This document shows positions 44,619-55,735 of a stretch of 64,000 nucleotides of DNA, piece after piece. The stretch covers positions 608,001-672,000 of the forward strand of contig OY970343.1 of NCBI GenBank assembly GCA_963717525.1, in the 5' to 3' direction. The notes under the pieces were generated by a model that worked only from the letters and a program-made list of their open reading frames with translations, was not told the DNA's origin and ran no database searches. The stretch is from an uncultured Methanoregulaceae archaeon. GTDB taxonomy: Archaea; Halobacteriota; Methanomicrobia; Methanomicrobiales; Methanospirillaceae. How positions within the stretch are numbered: position 1 is the first letter of the stretch; the number at the start of each line of letters is the position of its first letter. The position numbers and the translations under genes are program-made.

Positions 44619-46129
44619 ATGGGCTATCCCGATCTGAAAAGTGATGAGTCCATCGTCCTTACGGCGCAGCATGTCAAGGTTAAATCTGTGCCGTTTGAAC
44701 TGGTGCTCACCAATCGTCGTCTCATCATCATCGACAGCGAGAAGAATGTCGTCCCGACACAGCAGATCATGCTTTTTACCATCCGGAATGTGATGGCGAG
44801 CGAGAATGCCATCCGTGACCCGGTGATAACGCTCACCATCCTGACCGACACGGCGGATACCCGGGAAATGGCGCTCACCTTTGTCCGGCAGACCGCCGGT
44901 GAACGAAGGCGTGAGGCCGATGAATGGGTCAAAGCCCTTAAAAGAAATATCGCTGAGGCAGTTGCACAGCCGGCCGAGATGGTGACGGACATACCGGCTC
45001 AGGTTGAAACCCGGCAGGAGCACCCGGGGAGCATGGGAGCAAAAAAGAAGATTGAGATTGCCCGGCCCATCAAAAAGATCATGGTGGATTCCAGCCACCT
45101 GCCCCCAAAACCGGTTGAGACCACGTCGCTGCCCGAAGGTTCGTTCTGCGGCAGGTGCGGGAACCGCATCCCCCCGGGCTCGACCTTCTGCAACCGGTGC
45201 GGGACAAAAGTTGCCGCGCCGGGGGATGCGTCTGCCGTTTCAGCCGTACCACCCCAGGTTGCCACCGCTCCTGCGGCTCCGGTGGGGAAAGGCAGGCCCA
45301 TCGAGCAGATCATCCACTCGATCGAGCCCCTGATCGCTGACTCAGTGCCTAGGACAGGAACAGCGCCGGCAATGCCTGAATCCGTCACAGCCCCGCCGGC
45401 AAAACCGGTGCCGCCCCGGAGACCCGGCAGATGCTTTTGCAGCCGCTGCTGCAGCCATTGCAGAGATGGGAAAGGATACATCGGCAGTCCCACCGGGCAG
45501 GGCCGGTGCCTCCGCTCCCCCCGGTGCCCGAAGCGCCCCGGAAGAAGAGTAAACGGTTTATCGCGGCAGCCATTATCATCATCGTTATCCTCGCGGTTGT
45601 AGCCGGGGGATTTATGGTCATGACAAACCTGCATAAGAGTACGGCCGTAACACCGGTCACTACCCCACAGCCTACGGTAATGACGACAGTACCAACCCCA
45701 ACCCCCGTTGTCACAACTGTAATAACCACCGTTGCCGTGCCGACAACACCCCAGACCCTTATCCCGCAATCAGGGGTCTGGGCCGAGATCACGTACGATA
45801 AGACCTACTCCGGCCTTGTCGGTGTCCCGGGATCTCAGGCAGGAGTCAGCGATACCGGCGATCACTTCTACCGGATCCCGACGAATGATGCGGTAGCCAT
45901 TTCAGTCCAGAAAACGGATGGTTCCGGTGACCAGCTCACGGTCACCGTGTACAAGGATGGCACCGTGGTAAAGACCGCCTCAACCACCACCCCCAACGGC
46001 AGCATCAACATGGAGTTTTCGGTTGCAACACCAACACCCACCCCGACTCCGGTGCTGACGGCCATGCCCACCCTGCCCCTTACATCCACTACGACAACGA
46101 CGGTAAACACAACGACCAATTCGACCTGA
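44619..46129 (+). CDS. membrane protein with PH-like N-terminus, zinc ribbon, TM helix and Thr-rich extracellular part; frameshifted near 45410-45530
   Basis: LVLTNRRLIII; FCGRCG...FCNRCG; KKSKRF followed by a TM helix in another frame. Confidence 0.7.
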
Positions 46130-46166
46130 TGGTGGCAAGGCCGATAGTATTTTTTCCTGTACGTTC

Positions 46167-47207
46167 ATGACACAAACAACAGATCCCGATAAAACTCCCC
46201 GGATGGCTGTGATCGTACCGGGGTGCCGGGTCCTGTGTGCCGGGCTGCTCCTGTTCTTTATCCTTGCCGGTTCTGCCAACGCTGCCGGTTCGATCCAGTC
46301 ATACATCGGCGATACGGTCACCCTCTCCGGATACTGTTACACCAGCCAGACGGTCTACCTCTTCCTGACCGGGCCAAACCTCCCGGCAGACGGTGTTGCT
46401 CTGGACAACGTAAATGAGCGTGCGGACCAGGGCGGGTTTACGCAGGTAAGTGTGGATAGTAACAATCACTGGGAATATAACTGGGCGACCGGCTCAACGG
46501 GGGGCCGGCTCGATGCCGGCACCTATACGGTATGGGCAGTCGACGGTCCCAATGACCTCTCCAACCTGAACAATGCAGAATACAGTACCATTTCAGTCTC
46601 ACTGGGCAACCCCGGCATCGGTTCTGTGACCGCATCCACATCGCCGGGGAGTGTTGTTACCCCAGCGGTTGTCCCCGGTATCCTTAACGTTACTTCTGTC
46701 CCGGACAATTCCTCTGTGGTCGTCAACGGGAATTACCAGGGCCGGTCTCCGATAAGCATTCCCGGCCTTGCTCCCGGCACGTACCTGGTCAATGTTTCCC
46801 GGTTCAATTACGAGCTGCTCTCCACCACCGCTAACGTGGAGGCAGGCGCAACCACCGAGGTGACCGCTACGCTCCGGCCAAAGACCGGGACCCTTTCCAT
46901 CAACACGACTCCCGAAGGGGCAAACATAACACTTGACCGTGTGGATGCCGGCTTTTCACCGTTCACCCGGACCGGCCTTACCGCCGGCAACCACACGGTC
47001 AATGCGACGCTGGAAGGCTATAACCCGGTTGAGACCGAAGTTACGGTGATTGCAGACCAAGCGGTCACGGACACGATTGTGCTGGAAAAATCGCCGGCCC
47101 CACTGATACCGGGAAGCCTCACCCCTCTTCCGGTACCGGTGACGATCGGAGCCTGCGCCGGCGCGGTCCTCCTTTTTGCGTTCTTCCGGCCGCGGACCCG
47201 GGCATAA
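46167..47207 (+). CDS. secreted PEGA-domain surface protein
   Basis: Signal peptide; YLFLTGPNLP domain; two PEGA repeats; C-terminal TM plus RPRTRA. Confidence 0.82.
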   Translation: MTQTTDPDKTPRMAVIVPGCRVLCAGLLLFFILAGSANAAGSIQSYIGDTVTLSGYCYTSQTVYLFLTGPNLPADGVALDNVNERADQGGFTQVSVDSNNHWEYNWATGSTGGRLDAGTYTVWAVDGPNDLSNLNNAEYSTISVSLGNPGIGSVTASTSPGSVVTPAVVPGILNVTSVPDNSSVVVNGNYQGRSPISIPGLAPGTYLVNVSRFNYELLSTTANVEAGATTEVTATLRPKTGTLSINTTPEGANITLDRVDAGFSPFTRTGLTAGNHTVNATLEGYNPVETEVTVIADQAVTDTIVLEKSPAPLIPGSLTPLPVPVTIGACAGAVLLFAFFRPRTRA

Positions 47208-47320
47208 TGATACCTGACCTGCCGGCCACCGGGCCGGCTCTGTTGTTATGGATTACTCTCATATGACGTGATCCGCTTCTTAACCGCTTCACAAAAAAAA
47301 AGAACTGAATTATCTCCTTG

Positions 47321-47704
47321 TTACCGGTGAATAAAGGCCCGGAACAGGAACACGAGCCCAAAGAGGATGAGGAAGAGGGCGGCGATCACGGGCAATCTGA
47401 GCGGTGCCCAGACAAGATCGATGCCGACAAGGATCAGGAATGCGCCAACGATGACAAGACCTACGTGGGGCCGGGGTGAAGGAACGGTCATACCTTCAGT
47501 CCCGGCTGGAGCTGATCGCTGCTGTGCCAGTACAGCCGATCCGATAAATCCCAGCCCCAGACCGATCAGCACGCTAGGCCCCGGGTATCCTGCGAGCAGC
47601 CCGATCCCGAGGCCCAGGAGAACTCCAGCAGGGATCAACATATAGCCGTGATGCCGGTGGTGCCTGCGTCGATCCTCCCGGTCTGGATTTTCTTCTGTTG
47701 CCAT
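47321..47704 (-). CDS. hypothetical membrane protein
   Basis: Four Gly-rich hydrophobic segments. Confidence 0.7.
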   Translation of the reverse strand: MATEENPDREDRRRHHRHHGYMLIPAGVLLGLGIGLLAGYPGPSVLIGLGLGFIGSAVLAQQRSAPAGTEGMTVPSPRPHVGLVIVGAFLILVGIDLVWAPLRLPVIAALFLILFGLVFLFRAFIHR

Positions 47705-48378
47705 AGGTACCCGATCGCTTGGCGGAATAATAAAAGATGTGGATGCCCTCTTCCCGACATCCTGTGATATACAGAAAAACGCCCGTAAAACCGTCCGATT
47801 CTCTTCAATGAAAATCAGAGGTCATATATTTGTCAGTTTGCCAAAATAAGCCTAAATTGAGCCTCATATAATGCCCTTTGGCGCCTCATATTCGCGTTCT
47901 GGCAGCCTTTTCTCCCATCACCAGCCAAAAACCCATCCGGGCCCGGAATCGGGCCGTAAAGTGTGTCTATGAGAACATTATAATTTGTCCGATTGCAAAA
48001 ATAAGGCTGATTTGGGGCTATTTTTAAACGGAGCCCGATACGGGCTTCTTTTTGATCAATCAAGGGGTAATCGAAGGCTGAATTGGGCCCGGATTGGATC
48101 GGGTGATAAGCATGAGAAGAGCCTTCACTGATGTAATGTATATTTTCCATGTATCGATTTCGGGTAACAACAACTATGTTTTCCTTTATTCTTACCAGAA
48201 AAAATATCCGGAGCTTTTGCTCACAAAGGACTTGTCTTGAAAATAGAATCATATGTGTGCTGAAGTGCGGATAGGGAATATTAATCACAATTATTATCTT
48301 TCAGGAAAAGGTTACACCATGAAATTTCCGGAGTGATTGAATGACAGACCAAAAAACGAAACTGGCAGACATTTTCCT

Positions 48379-48561
48379 ATGACATTTCCAAAAAGAATGA
48401 TGGTATATGTTTTGATAGATTTGCTTCTCATAAATCTGATAACGTATTATCTGGTGTATCATGTTCCACTGGAGTTTGTGATCTCCGTTACCGCCATTGA
48501 GATAATAGCCCTGGCTGTAGCCTTTGCTTTCTGGGTTCCAAGATACCAGCTTAAATGGTAA
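48379..48561 (+). CDS. small two-TM hypothetical protein
   Basis: 60-aa hydrophobic ORF followed by a T-run in an AT-rich region. Confidence 0.45.
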   Translation: MTFPKRMMVYVLIDLLLINLITYYLVYHVPLEFVISVTAIEIIALAVAFAFWVPRYQLKW

Positions 48562-48707
48562 TTTTTTTTAAAAGCGATATCGACTTGAAAAGCGGTATGC
48601 ACTGTCCGGCGTTTTCCTTCGCAAGCGCATGTTACCTTAACGCAGGTTGCACCGACAGGAATTATTCAGGCACAATGTGAAAAGGGATCAGATCTTCAGT
48701 GTTAAAG

Positions 48708-48782
48708 TGCTGCTATGGGGATTTGAACCCCAGTCGCGGGCGTGAAAGGCCCGCATGATTGGCCGGTCTACACTATAGCAGC
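48708..48782 (-). tRNA. tRNA-Glu (anticodon TTC)
   Basis: GCTGCTA/TAGCAGC acceptor stem; CGGGC-CTTTCAC-GCCCG anticodon arm; GGTTCAAATCC T arm. Confidence 0.95.
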
Positions 48783-48881
48783 GCGTTGCTCTAACTAGTT
48801 TTACCCTGCCTGATAAATAGGTTATGGAAACGGATAGCCGGAAGGCTCTTTACGGGTTCCTGCCGCCGTTGGTAAAAAGGG

Positions 48882-49847
48882 TTATTTCTTTTTGGCTGCT
48901 GTCTTCTTCGCCTTGGCCGGTGCCGCCTTCTTTACCGCGGCCTTGGCTTTTGGTTTTGCTGCTGCCGGTGCCCCGGCCTTCTTATTGATGGGGTATCCCT
49001 CTTTCTTGGTGATCGCCGTAAACGCCGCCATAAGCTGGCGTGTGACCGGACCTGGCTTGCCGGTGCCGATGACCCTGCCGTCCACCCAGGTGATCGGGGC
49101 GACTTCCGCTGCCGTGCCGGTGCAGATCAGCTCGTCCGCGGTGTAGAGATCGAAGTACCCGAGGTTCTGCTCCTTCACCGTGATACCCAGCGATTCGGCG
49201 AGTTCGAGCACCACCATCCGGGTCACTCCCCGGAGGTTGTTGAGGGTGTGGGGTGTTAAGATCTCTCCGTTCTTGACCACGTAGAGGTTGTCACCCGAGC
49301 CCTCGGAGATGTAGCCGTTCGTGTCAAAGAAGATCGCCTCGTCCCCGCTCTTGTAGTTCGCTTCGATCTTCGCGAGGATGTTGTTGAGGTAGTTGAGGCT
49401 TTTCACATTCGGTGGCAGGCATTCAGCCGGGTTGCGCCGCACCGAGACCGTGACGGCCTTGAGTCCCTTCTCGTACAGGTCGCCGTACATAGCGCCCCAG
49501 GTCACGGCGATAACGATAACCGACGCTTTCGGGCACTTGCGGGGATCGAGCCCAAGGTCGCCCACACCGCGGGTGATGATCGGCCGTATGTAGGCATCGG
49601 TGAGCTTGTTTCTGCGCAGCACTTCGCAGATCGCCACAATCATCTCCTCCTTTGAGATCGGCGGCGTGATATCGAGCGTCTTTGCAGAATCGTACATACG
49701 GTCGATGTGCTCCTTGAGCCGGAAGACCCTGCCGTTATATGCACGGATCCCCTCGAAGACACCATCGCCATAGAGCAGGCCGTGGTCGAACACGGAGACC
49801 TTTGCGAGGCCCTCCGGGAGGTATTTCCCATCAAGATAAATTATCAT
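48882..49847 (-). CDS. ilvE: branched-chain amino acid aminotransferase with Lys/Ala-rich tail
   Basis: [27 protein letters not shown] and GTAAEV motifs. Confidence 0.93.
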   Translation of the reverse strand: MIIYLDGKYLPEGLAKVSVFDHGLLYGDGVFEGIRAYNGRVFRLKEHIDRMYDSAKTLDITPPISKEEMIVAICEVLRRNKLTDAYIRPIITRGVGDLGLDPRKCPKASVIVIAVTWGAMYGDLYEKGLKAVTVSVRRNPAECLPPNVKSLNYLNNILAKIEANYKSGDEAIFFDTNGYISEGSGDNLYVVKNGEILTPHTLNNLRGVTRMVVLELAESLGITVKEQNLGYFDLYTADELICTGTAAEVAPITWVDGRVIGTGKPGPVTRQLMAAFTAITKKEGYPINKKAGAPAAAKPKAKAAVKKAAPAKAKKTAAKKK

Positions 49848-49944
49848 ACTGTGAGATGGGGTGTCGATACTCTTGTATTTTTCTTTGAAAATGGTGGGGT
49901 TAATATCCAGATAAGATAGGGAGATCATAATCTCTCCTCATGTG

Positions 49945-50069
49945 CGATGAACGCCGCCGCCCCCGACGGGGCGCCTCCGCGGCGGGCAGTGACTAAAAAT
50001 TATGGAACAACCTCCTCGCCCCGCCGTGCCTCGAAGAGGCCCTGAGGAGGGGGGACATCGCATATTTTT
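49945..50069. repeat. dispersed GC-rich double-hairpin intergenic repeat, copy 3
   Basis: CCGCCGCCCCCGACGGGGCGCCTCCGCGGCGG ... GCCCCGCCGTGCCTCGAAGAGGCCCTGAGGAGGGG. Confidence 0.85.
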
Positions 50070-50229
50070 ACAAGATCTCTGTAAGACGTTGATTCCGTAT
50101 CCGGTTTTGTAATCAGTCAGATTGGCTTTCCCTGAACCGGAGTAAAATGAGAAAAAATCCTGAACCCGATCCCGCTAGAAATGCCCTGACACAACAGGAC
50201 GCACCTTACCTGCCATTGCCCACGATCCG

Positions 50230-51603
50230 TCAGCGCCGTCCCCTGCAGCAGTCCACGAAGTTCCGGAACATGTCCAGGCTCCCGACCGGGTGGAGGTGCG
50301 TGTAACTCCCGAGCGTGTTGTTGCGCACCGCCCCGTCACAGGTGTCCTGTATGCCGATCCCCCGCGAGAGCCTGTACGCATACGTTGTCGAGGGATCGAG
50401 CACCACACCGGAGTAATGGAACTCATGGCCCCGGAACCGGGAGGCACCCATCGGGCAGCCTTTTGCACTTGTCCCTTCCACGTAGCTGACCACCCGCCGG
50501 GCCGGCATGGTAGTCTCGCCAGCGAACACACCGCACATCGCACCGGAGAGTTCCGTTTTCCTGCCCTGCCACCCTTCCTTAAGCACCATCCGGTCGGTGA
50601 GATACATGAGCCCGCCGCATTCGGCGTAAATGGGCGTGCCGTTCCGTGAAACCTCGCAGATCGCCTCACGCATCCGGTCGTTTGCCTCCAGTTCCGGCAC
50701 GAAGAGTTCCGGGTAGCCTCCACCCATAATGTACCCGTCTGCGTCCGGCAGTCGGTCATGGATGGGACTGAACTGGACGACCGTCACCCCCAGCGAGGAG
50801 AGGACATCGAAAAGGTCTGCGTAGTAGAAGTTGAACGCCTCGTCATAGGCGACCCCGATGCGAACGTCCTGCTCGGGTGCGGGTGAAAACAGCGTGTCCC
50901 CACGGGCCGGCGGGGTTTCCTTTGCGAGCGCCAAGAGCCGGTCAAGGTCCACATGGTTACCGATGATCCCGGTGATCGTCCGGATCCGATCGTCAAAATC
51001 GCCTCGTCCTGCGCCTTCACGGTAAGGCACGAGACCGAGGTGGCGCATGGCAAGCATCATCTCCTCCATCCGGGGAATTGCGCCGATGACCGGGACACCG
51101 CAGTAATGCTCGATCGCCCGGGTCGCTTTTTCCCGGTGCGTCCCGCCTTTGACCTGGTTGAGGATAACGCCGGCGATCCGGATATCAGCGTCAAATGCCT
51201 GGAAACCCTTGACGATCGCGGCCGCGCTCCGGGTGATGCTCTGCGCAGAGACGACAAGAACGACCGGCAGGTCGAGGACTTTTGCTATGGCCGCCGTGCT
51301 CCCGCTGTCGTCCAGCGCCTCGGCCCCTTCGTACAACCCTCGCACACCTTCGACAAGCGCGATGTCGGCACCCTGGCACCCGTACGAGAAGATGCTCCGG
51401 ATCTGCCCGTCGCCAAGCACAAAGTTGTCGAGGTTCCGGCACGGCCGGCCCGAGACCGCGGCGAGGTACGAGGGATCGATGTAGTCCATCCCGACCTTGA
51501 AGGTCTGGACAGTCCCCCGCTGTTTTAAGAGTGCGGCAAGGGCGAGCGTGATGCTGGTCTTCCCGCTGCCGGAACGGTCGCCGGTGATAAGGAGCGATTT
51601 CAT
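50230..51603 (-). CDS. cfbB: Ni-sirohydrochlorin a,c-diamide synthase
   Basis: SGSGKT, FKVGMDYIDP, EGVRGLYEG, AECGG and GHEFHYS motifs; in the F430 cluster. Confidence 0.9.
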   Translation of the reverse strand: MKSLLITGDRSGSGKTSITLALAALLKQRGTVQTFKVGMDYIDPSYLAAVSGRPCRNLDNFVLGDGQIRSIFSYGCQGADIALVEGVRGLYEGAEALDDSGSTAAIAKVLDLPVVLVVSAQSITRSAAAIVKGFQAFDADIRIAGVILNQVKGGTHREKATRAIEHYCGVPVIGAIPRMEEMMLAMRHLGLVPYREGAGRGDFDDRIRTITGIIGNHVDLDRLLALAKETPPARGDTLFSPAPEQDVRIGVAYDEAFNFYYADLFDVLSSLGVTVVQFSPIHDRLPDADGYIMGGGYPELFVPELEANDRMREAICEVSRNGTPIYAECGGLMYLTDRMVLKEGWQGRKTELSGAMCGVFAGETTMPARRVVSYVEGTSAKGCPMGASRFRGHEFHYSGVVLDPSTTYAYRLSRGIGIQDTCDGAVRNNTLGSYTHLHPVGSLDMFRNFVDCCRGRR

Positions 51604-52674
51604 CGTGCAATGCTCCTTATCACTGCCCCAAATTCGCTCTCCACGATATCGCATACACCCATCGTCCTCGGGTGGAGGTCGATCTCGACGAGCACGTGCT
51701 CGTGGCCGATGGCATGGAGCGGCGCAACCTGCCGGGGGCCGTTTGTTACCGAGAAGCACTCGATCCCGTTTGTATACTCCGGGGGGATAGCGTGCGGGAC
51801 ACCGGCGATCAGTGCAAACAACGGTGCGATCTCCCGGATACGGGCCCCGAGCGCATCGCCTGTTGCCCCGTACTCGTCCAGCGCCCCGATCAGTTCGGGC
51901 TTCACGCCGCGACTGGCCATCCCGTCCCGTATCCTCTGCGCATCCGCCCGCACCTTGGGAAGCCCGCGGTTGTCGAGGTTTGCGATGTAGGTGATATCCG
52001 CACCGGGGGAGGCATCATGGAGCGCGATCAGTTCGTCGGCGAACATGTAGGCTGTCTCCTTTTTGGCATTCAGGATCGCGACCCCTTTTGCCCCGCTGTT
52101 TGCGCATTCGACGAGCCGTTGTGCAGCGACATGTTTCAAGTCGCCCCGTGAGGGTTCGATGTACTCCTGTGATGCGGCGCCCCGGATCTTTTCGATCTCG
52201 TTTGCCTTCCCCATGAGCCGGTGCTGGCGGGCGAGCTCCTCTTCGGTAATCCAGCCGGCGCCTTTCAGCTGCTTCGAGCGTTGCAAGCACGCCGGCGATG
52301 TTCTCCGCGAAGCCCGCGTGGATGTCGACGGCTATCGTCGGGGTTGTGATCCCGGCGCTGTCGATGGCGGCAGTAAGGTCCTCGCCGATGATCATCGAGA
52401 CGCAGGTTCCGATGACGGCCATCCGTCCGGGGGCAAACTGGTCCACTGCGTACCGCAGCACGCTTTCGAGCGGTTTCTGGCCGCCGAAGATAAATTCGTT
52501 GTCCGCAAGCGCCGTAGTGAGCACCCTCATGCCATCCTCTTCGAGAAGCCGGGCATGCTTGAACGAGCATCCCGAGGGGCCGTGAAGGATGGCGACCTCC
52601 ACTTCGAGGTCCCGTGCGGTATAGAGCGCAGCAACAATCGAGCTGGGGCGGGGGTGCATGAATCGTACTGGCAT
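51600..52674 (-). CDS. cfbD: Ni-sirohydrochlorin a,c-diamide reductive cyclase catalytic subunit, frameshift near 52264
   Basis: HPRPSSIVAALY, HGPSGC, GTCVSMIIGED and AKKETAY motifs. Confidence 0.92.
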
Positions 52675-52676
52675 AA

Positions 52677-53907
52677 TTACCTCCATGTCTTGACCGCGAG
52701 CACAATGGAACCGGTCGATGTTCTGTCTATAGCGCAGCGCTCTGCCTCTTCAAGGGAGGGGCAGACTGCATCGATCGTGAGGAGGGAAGGTGACGATTCG
52801 GGATTTTCGTCAGCCGATGGGGGATTCCCTACCCAGATAAGCATGCGGGGCCGGATCGTCCGGACAGCCGTGAGGATCTGGTCGTCCGGGAACCCTTCGC
52901 AGACCGCACCATCTCCTTTGACGGTCCCGATTACAAGGGTGATCCCGGGAGAGCCCGCACAGGTACGGGCGTACCGGGCGGCCTCGATGGTGGTTTCAGC
53001 GGTGGTTCCGCTGTTGGCGTTGTCGACGACAAGGATGTTCTTCTCTTTCCTGACCGACATGCGCCCTGCGACGCCGGGAAACGTGGAAAGCGGTGCAGGA
53101 TCGTACCCAAATAGGAGGGCTGCGGTTCCGGCAAGGGCAAGCGGCACGCGGTACCCGGGCAGGGTGAGCAGTGGGTTGGTGAACGTCCCGGAATGTCCAC
53201 ACACGGAGATGATGCAGGTTGGACCTGAAATGGACACAACATCGTCCAGCTGTACGGCGTCCGCGTGCGCACCGGCCGGGATGCCAGGGGCCACAAGAAG
53301 CTGCCCGGCTTTTTTGGGCCGATGCCACTTTTTCTGCGAGCGCACTCTTTTTCCCGGCAGCGCACCGGTAATCCAATGGCGAGGTGATGATGGCAAGATC
53401 GCCGGCACCGGTCACGCCGAGGGACTCTTCAGCGACCAGCCAGCCCCCGCACGAAACAGCCTTTTCTGCGGCGTCAAGCACCGAGGCCGGTGTGATGCTT
53501 TTTTTAAAGAGCAGCCGGAGTCCGGGCATCGCATAGGTGCCGGTCGAGGTATGCAGGATCCCGGGGCCGGGGAGCAGGTGGGCGAGCGCGTGTGCTGTGG
53601 TGGTCTTCCCCTGTGCCCCGGTGATCTCGATCATCGGGTGGAGAATCTTCCCGTCAAGCAGCCGCCGCACTGCTTCATGGTGGGAGATGACCGGTTCTCT
53701 TGCGGTACGCCTCGCGAGCAGCGGGTGGGTGGGGTCAAGGTGGACCGGGGCCACCACGAGATCGTAGGTTGTATTCACGGCCCGGTCCGCCGAGTCTGGT
53801 GTCGTTCCCCGGTATACGTCCACGGCATCTACGGAGTTGCCGGCACGGGCAAAAGCTGCGCCGATCTCGCTGCCGCCATGGATCGTATCGAGGAGCAGGA
53901 TCCGCAT
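52677..53907 (-). CDS. cfbE: coenzyme F430 synthase, frameshift near 53305
   Basis: LLDTIHGG, EITGAQGKTTT, SITPAS, ESLGVTG, GRM and DNANSG Mur-ligase-like motifs. Confidence 0.88.
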
Positions 53908-53914
53908 ATGCCGG

Positions 53915-54316
53915 TCAGATGAGCGTGAGCGCCCGGTGGGCGTTTTTTACCATCAGCTCTGCAAGTAGCGGGTCGATCCCGATGGGGTCTGCGTACACGA
54001 GCGGAATGGTCTTTCCGTTGAGCACAAACATGCCCTTCTTCATGCCTTCGGGCAGTCCGATCTCTGAGGGAATGTCTTTTTCGATGTGGACGCCTTTTGC
54101 AAGAAAGAGTGGGACGACCACGAGCACATCGATATTTTCTTTTTTGAATTCAGAAAGCGCATCCCTGATGGAGGGTTTATTGACATTCATAAAACCGCAT
54201 TTGACGACAAACTCTCCGCTCTGGGCTGCGATCAGTTTTCCTGTTGATTCGATGAGCTCCTGGTTATAGGGCATGGTGCTGCCATGGCCTACAAGTAACA
54301 TTCCCTTTTTACTCAT
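53915..54316 (-). CDS. cfbA: sirohydrochlorin nickelochelatase
   Basis: LLVGHGS, PLFLAKGVH..KDIP and YADPIG motifs. Confidence 0.92.
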   Translation of the reverse strand: MSKKGMLLVGHGSTMPYNQELIESTGKLIAAQSGEFVVKCGFMNVNKPSIRDALSEFKKENIDVLVVVPLFLAKGVHIEKDIPSEIGLPEGMKKGMFVLNGKTIPLVYADPIGIDPLLAELMVKNAHRALTLI

Positions 54317-54593
54317 GTGGGTAACTCCGATACTAGGATCGTTATGTGTTTTTTACCTGTTCGTGCTCTTTCGATCACGGGAACACATTACGTATGAAAA
54401 ATGGGACATGATCGTAATAATGGTTTTTCATTTGGATCTTCAGAAACTTATGTCATACCTGATGCGTTGATACCCACTTTTCAAAAGTTCTTTTGTCACA
54501 CTTTCTTCCGGGAGCTGTATCATCAGAACCCTGTCATCACCCGGATTAGATCCAAAGAATATTTCTGATGTGACTCTCAACTGATATGAACCT

Positions 54594-55735
54594 ATGATGG
54601 ATGCGTTCGAACGGTTTGGCCTCATCATCAACGACCGCGTAGTCAGGACTCCTATTGCCATAGCATCCATGGCAGGGATCGTGGACGCCCGGTATATTCT
54701 TGAACGCAAGGACCATATCGGGGTCGGGTTAATCGGCGGATACGCTATCGACCGGCCTACGATGGATGCGGCGCGGGGGATGGCGGCTTCCAGTGAGCGC
54801 AAAGAATTCGTGTATGATGATCCGGTGGAAGCACTGGGCGCTGAGATCGCCCAGCTCAAAACCTTCGATGTGGTCACCGGCATCAACCTCCGCGGCAGCT
54901 CACCGGCTGCATTTGCCGCCGTTGCCGATGCCTTCGGCGACGATGTGGTCTACGAGATCGACGCCCACTGCCGGCAGGCCCCCATGGTCGCCGCCGGCGC
55001 CGGGGAATTTTATCCCAAAAACCCCGCGGCCCTCATGGATGTGGTAAAAACCCTCAAATCAAAGAAGGTTACCGTCTCGGTCAAGATCCGCGTGGGGATC
55101 GCAGCTGACGACCGGGCGCTTGTCCGGGCGCTCTGGGGTGCCGGGGCGGATATTATCCACGTCGATCTCATGGATGCAGGTATCGCCAAACTGCGGCAGC
55201 TTCGGAACAGCTGCCCGCTTGTGATCATCGCGAACAACTCTGTTACGACGTTTGACCGGATGCGGGAGATGCTCTCACACGGTGCCGATCTGGTCTCGCT
55301 TGCCCGGCAGTCCGATGTGAAGACGCTTGCCGGGCTGGATGCGGCCATCAGCCGGTACGCGGATGAGGACGGCTGGTACAACTCGCCAAAGCAGCTCTGT
55401 CCGGGGCGGTGATATACGGGCGCTGACCTTCTGCTGCATGCCCGGTCAAAGAGTGCCCGCTCATCCCCGCGCTTACACGGATCGGCCTCTCGAAGGATGA
55501 GTATGTCCGGTTGAAACTGGGTGCGGTGAAAGGCACGCCGCTCGAGGGAGGCCCCAATACCTGTTTTGGCAGCCTTGCGTGGTGCTGCAAGACCTCCTCG
55601 CCCTGCATGTTCCGTGACATGACGCTTGCGCAGGACGGCATTCCAAAGAAAGAGTATATGCGCCGGAAACGCGAGCTCTCAGATACCCTTATGAGCCGTG
55701 TGTTCCATGACGTCCCTTCTCCTGAGTCCCGCTGA
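54594..55735 (+). CDS. methanogenesis marker 9 protein fused to a Dus-like TIM barrel, frameshift near 55401
   Basis: ASMAGI and EIDAHCRQ motifs, then GGDIRALTFCC...KECP and TCFGSLAWCCK...C. Confidence 0.85.

Noticed and set aside
52063..53922. 619-aa plus-strand ORF
   Set aside because: Antisense shadow of cfbD/cfbE in GC-rich DNA, with no recognisable motifs.
55390..55420. TGA read-through (selenocysteine) in marker 9
   Set aside because: The downstream homology continues in a different frame, so this is an indel and not an in-frame stop.
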